From an uncultured cyanobacterium (GTDB lineage: Bacteria > Cyanobacteriota > Cyanobacteriia > Pseudanabaenales > Pseudanabaenaceae), in the NCBI GenBank assembly GCA_963703315.1, contig OY969811.1, positions 3,552,001 to 3,616,000 on the forward strand: DNA of 64,000 nucleotides, given 5' to 3'. Position numbers and translations under genes: made by a program. Positions 60,381 through 64,000 of the stretch are shown here, in pieces. The first letter of the stretch is position 1; each line of letters opens with the position of its first letter. The notes beneath the pieces are model-generated. The model saw nothing but the letters and a program-made list of their open reading frames with translations. It searched no databases and was not told the origin of the DNA.

Positions 60381-60590
60381 AGCGGCAATCTCCTTCAGAG
60401 CCAATGATATTAAAAATAGATTACAAAGAAAAATTCTAGCTTGACATGGAATTAACTTATTCAAGCTATGTAACATAAGCGTTGGCGGCAAGACAGGAAG
60501 CTCAAGCTACCTACCTCCGCCGCCTTGTAAGTATTAATTAAATTAACGAGAAATTAAATTAATAAATAGCAATTAACGCTATGTCAGCAA

Positions 60591-61079
60591 TTAGCTCAAG
60601 CCAGAGCTGATGTAGTCAAGGTAGATACCCAACTCTTTACCAGCGTCAGAGCCAACGATGCTAGCAGCAACTTCTTTGATTGCTTGAATTGCTTGAATTG
60701 TAGAAACTACAGGTACTCCAAGAGAGCTGTAGGTTTCTTTCAAGCCATTAAGTACACGCTCGTCAAGGATTGATGCGTCACCAGCTAGCATTGCGTAGGT
60801 TGCATAGCGTAGGTAGTAGTCGAGGTCGCGGATGCAAGCTGCATAACGACGGGTGGTGTACATATTGCCACCGGGACGGGTAACATCAGAGTACAACAAA
60901 GACTTAGCAACTGCTTCTTTAACAATGGTTGCAGAGTTAGCAGCGATCGCTTGAGAAGCACGAACGCGAAGTTCGCCAGTTGCGAAGTAGTTCTTTAGCT
61001 TTTCTAGAGAAGCTGCATCAAGGTACTTGCCTTGAACGTCGGCGGAGTTGATAACCGAGGTAATTGCGTCTTGTGCCAT
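60591..61079 (-). CDS. apcB: Allophycocyanin beta
   Basis: [27 protein letters not shown]. Confidence 0.97.
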   Translation of the reverse strand: MAQDAITSVINSADVQGKYLDAASLEKLKNYFATGELRVRASQAIAANSATIVKEAVAKSLLYSDVTRPGGNMYTTRRYAACIRDLDYYLRYATYAMLAGDASILDERVLNGLKETYSSLGVPVVSTIQAIQAIKEVAASIVGSDAGKELGIYLDYISSGLS

Positions 61080-61201
61080 TTTTATATATTTTTTAGGTTT
61101 GCAATTAGTTTTTTGAATTTAGAAATTAAGAAATTTGAAATGCTCTAAAACAGTCTAGAAAACAATCTATAAGGCAAATTTTAAAACAAATCAAAACCGT
61201 C

Positions 61202-61687
61202 TTACTGTAGACCGCCAATAACGTAGTCGAAGTAGTAACCAGCTTCAGCTGCGTCTTCACCAGACAACAAAGCTGCTGCTGCACTCTTTAGACCACGAAC
61301 ACCTTCGGAAACAGCACCGATAGGAGTACCGAGTGAACCGTACATTTCTTTAACGCCAACTAGACCAATTTCTTCGATTGGGGTTACGTCTCCAGAAACA
61401 ACTCCGTAGGTTACTAGGCGTAGGTAGTAGTCAAGGTCACGCAAGCAAGTTGCGGTTAGCTGTTCACCGTATGCATTTCCACCAGGAGAAACGACATCAG
61501 GACGCTTTTGGAAAAGTTGATCACCAGCTTGCTTAACAATGCGCTCGCGGGATTCGGTCAAAGTTTGTGCAATGCGAAGACGACGCTCACCAGAGCTTAC
61601 AAAGCTCTTAATGCGATCTAATTCACCAGGGCTGAGGTAACGTGCTTCAGCATCTGCATTCACGATAGACTTCGTGACTACGCTCAT
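61202..61687 (-). CDS. apcA: Allophycocyanin alpha
   Basis: [32 protein letters not shown]. Confidence 0.97.
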   Translation of the reverse strand: MSVVTKSIVNADAEARYLSPGELDRIKSFVSSGERRLRIAQTLTESRERIVKQAGDQLFQKRPDVVSPGGNAYGEQLTATCLRDLDYYLRLVTYGVVSGDVTPIEEIGLVGVKEMYGSLGTPIGAVSEGVRGLKSAAAALLSGEDAAEAGYYFDYVIGGLQ

Positions 61688-62149
61688 TTAATTTTTTCTC
61701 CAATCAAAAATGTGAATAAAAACGATTGATGTGATGCCGTACCATGCAGAGATCCTTTAGCTTGAGCAATGTCCCTAAGGAAATTAATCAAGGTTTAGAG
61801 GTGTTTCTGACATGGAGGGTTTCTTTGTCAAAGCAATGATTACCAGAACATTTTGAAGCATTGCGTTGTCTACAAGCTTTTCTTCATCACACTTCTTAAC
61901 ATTTGCTATGTTAGCACTAGAGTTGAAAAACATGATCAATTAAGCTAAAAGTATTGCTGTACAAAGGTTTACCATGTTTCCAGAGAGCCTTAAGCCTATA
62001 AATACAGATTGTTGGGTTTTGATTTAGATGTAAGGGACAACCGATCGCCAGCAGGTGGTGATCTTGATACCAGCAATTTTGCCCCACTCATCAAAAAACA
62101 AAAAGAGTTGCGGCGTGCCACAACTCTTTTTGTTTCCTAGACTTGGCGA

Positions 62150-62188
62150 TCGCTAAGTCTAGTCGCTAAGTTTAATCGCTAAGTTTAG
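62150..62188. repeat. 13-mer tandem repeat x3
   Basis: tcgctaagtctag tcgctaagtttaa tcgctaagtttag. Confidence 0.65.
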
Positions 62189-63138
62189 GAGTAGTTCATA
62201 AAAAATAGTTTGCTTACATTTGAGGCAATCCGATTGAGATAGGGGGCAGGATCTAGAGCTACCCAACCATCACCTGAAGGAGCCATAATTTCAAAGTGCA
62301 AGTGAGGCCCCGTTGAGCGTCCTGTGGAGCCAACAATGCCGATTTGTTGTCCTTGAGCTACCTGTTGTCCTTGGTAGACATAAATTGCTTCTAGGTGGGC
62401 ATAACGTGTACCTGTAGAGCCGTGATCGAGTTCGACTAGATTGCCATAGCCACCTCCCCATCCTGCAAACTCGACACGTCCTGACTTAGCGGCAAGTACA
62501 GGAGTCCCGAAGGATGCACCGAGGTCAATACCGCTATGAAATGACCAAATTGCGGTGACAGGATTCATCCTCCAGCCATAGTTGGACGTGACAGGGACAG
62601 AATAGGGCAAGGGATAGCCACCAGTTTGCATGATGACGCTAGGATCTCCAGATCTGGTAGCGATCGCTGGGTTAAAGGGAACAGGATCGGGTTTCCAGAT
62701 TGCGCCTGGGACAAAGACAACTTTGGGCTTACGTTGACAGCCATTGCGCTCGAAGAGGACATCGGCACGAATATTGTATTTTTTGGCAACAGTGGTGTAA
62801 TTTTCGTCATTCTTAAAGCGGTAGGTCAAACCATCGAGGGGAGGGATTGATAGGGTTTGCCCCGCTTTAACTTGACCATTGCGAACTTCTGGATTTAAAC
62901 CCATCAAAGTCGCAGTTTTGAGTTCATATTTCTTGGCGATCGCCTCAAGAGTTTCACCCTGCTTAACTTTATGTTGAGTTAAATCATCAAGGGTCGGTTT
63001 ACCACAGAGTTCTTCCGCGTCCTTAGATGCAGACTGATCAACGGGTTTAGTCAGGTCTGACGAGGTTGCCAGTGCAGGTAAAGGGCATAAACTAGCGATC
63101 GCAACTATAAGAAGGGAAATTTTCCAAGACGGCTTCAT
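62185..63138 (-). CDS. LysM plus M23 peptidoglycan endopeptidase
   Basis: HKVKQGETL LysM; HSGID, YAHL, GSTGRSTGPHLHFE. Confidence 0.9.
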   Translation of the reverse strand: MKPSWKISLLIVAIASLCPLPALATSSDLTKPVDQSASKDAEELCGKPTLDDLTQHKVKQGETLEAIAKKYELKTATLMGLNPEVRNGQVKAGQTLSIPPLDGLTYRFKNDENYTTVAKKYNIRADVLFERNGCQRKPKVVFVPGAIWKPDPVPFNPAIATRSGDPSVIMQTGGYPLPYSVPVTSNYGWRMNPVTAIWSFHSGIDLGASFGTPVLAAKSGRVEFAGWGGGYGNLVELDHGSTGTRYAHLEAIYVYQGQQVAQGQQIGIVGSTGRSTGPHLHFEIMAPSGDGWVALDPAPYLNRIASNVSKLFFMNYS

Positions 63139-63312
63139 GGATTGTTATTTAGGCAGTTGTGTGAGGAAAAATATGTGAATGTAATGGGGTAGGTTTGGGG
63201 ATTTAGCAACAAAAGTAACAAAACATGAAGATCTACTATAAGAATCTTCATAAAATTAATGCCAATACATTCTTGCAGCGATCGCGTCATTATGAACACC
63301 ACCAATCTGGTG

Positions 63313-63375
63313 ATATAAAAACCTAAAGTCTGTAGCGCACGCATAGCGTGCGCTACAGACTTTAGGTTTTTATAT
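63313..63375. repeat. GCGCACGC-core perfect palindrome
   Basis: atataaaaacctaaagtctgtagcgcacgc-ata-gcgtgcgctacagactttaggtttttatat; related copy at 58625-58665. Confidence 0.8.
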
Positions 63376-63446
63376 TATGGCGAGGTGCTTATTAAACTTT
63401 AAAATCAGTTTGATAATGGAAATTGTCAAACCTAATTTCTAAAATC

Positions 63447-64000
63447 ATGACAAATTCGCTAGCTTCCGTTAGTAAAGAGCAACTCCAAACCTTCTTAGAT
63501 ATTGCTACTGAGGCAGCTTGCGCGGGTGGTGCAGTATTGCAATCTTATTTAGGAAATCTCCAAGAAAAGGAAGTTGAAGAAAAGCGTCCTGGGGATTTGG
63601 TGACGATCGCTGATAAAGAATCTGAAGCAACAGTTCTCTCAATTTTGCAGCGCCACTTTCCTGATCATGGCATTTTGGCAGAAGAATCAGGTGTTTTGGG
63701 AAATAGTGATAGTCGATGTCTATGGGCGATCGATCCGCTTGATGGGACAACAAATTTTGCTCATCAGTATCCATTTTCCTCAGTATCGATCGCTCTATTA
63801 ATTGATGGAGTCCCAACCGTTGGTGCGGTTTATGATCCCTTTCGTGATGAAATATTTCGAGCCGCGACAGGCTTAGGCGCAACTCGTAACCGTATGCCAA
63901 TTCATGTTTCCAAAACTACGGAACTTAGCCGCAGTTTACTTGTAACGGGCTTTGCCTACGATCGCACTCTCGTTGAGGACAATAACTATGCGGAGTTCTG
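63447..64000 (+). CDS. suhB: Inositol monophosphatase family protein, runs off window
   Basis: Manual translation: DLVTIADKESE, ILAEES, WAIDPLDGTTNFAH, TGFAYD. Confidence 0.85.
   Translation, partial: MTNSLASVSKEQLQTFLDIATEAACAGGAVLQSYLGNLQEKEVEEKRPGDLVTIADKESEATVLSILQRHFPDHGILAEESGVLGNSDSRCLWAIDPLDGTTNFAHQYPFSSVSIALLIDGVPTVGAVYDPFRDEIFRAATGLGATRNRMPIHVSKTTELSRSLLVTGFAYDRTLVEDNNYAEF

Noticed and set aside
63505..63900. 131-aa minus-strand ORF
   Set aside because: Antisense shadow of the inositol monophosphatase gene on the plus strand.

Overview
Cyanobacterial chromosomal segment. HIP1 octamers (GCGATCGC) are very dense, and rbcLXS, apcABC, crtH, vipp1 and pedR are present; the repeat style suggests Pseudanabaena, which is an inference. 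The left ~10 kb is an AT-rich, partly HIP1-free surface-polysaccharide cluster (glycosyltransferases, a GtrC/B/A-like trio, gmd). The remainder is mostly core genes plus three tRNAs, with small accessory modules interspersed: (1) a type III PKS, methyltransferase and FAD oxidoreductase cluster split by an RHH-like gene and yefM-yoeB; (2) an ABC-ATPase (AAA_21-like) plus DUF4276/TOPRIM-like pair; (3) a run of toxin-antitoxin cassettes, each separated by ~30-bp-period HIP1 mini-arrays and bracketed by a 32-bp direct repeat; (4) a P-loop ATPase plus degenerate-NTPase/TPR pair. Genes missing from the ORF track are an nblA-like gene with an NtcA-type promoter, a 47-aa PELIPIPVR peptide, a brnT remnant and a window-truncated inositol monophosphatase. 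Intergenic DNA is full of long near-perfect palindromes and MITE/REP-like elements. No CRISPR array, rRNA, integrase or transposase was recognised. All family calls come from motif recognition; no database searches were run.
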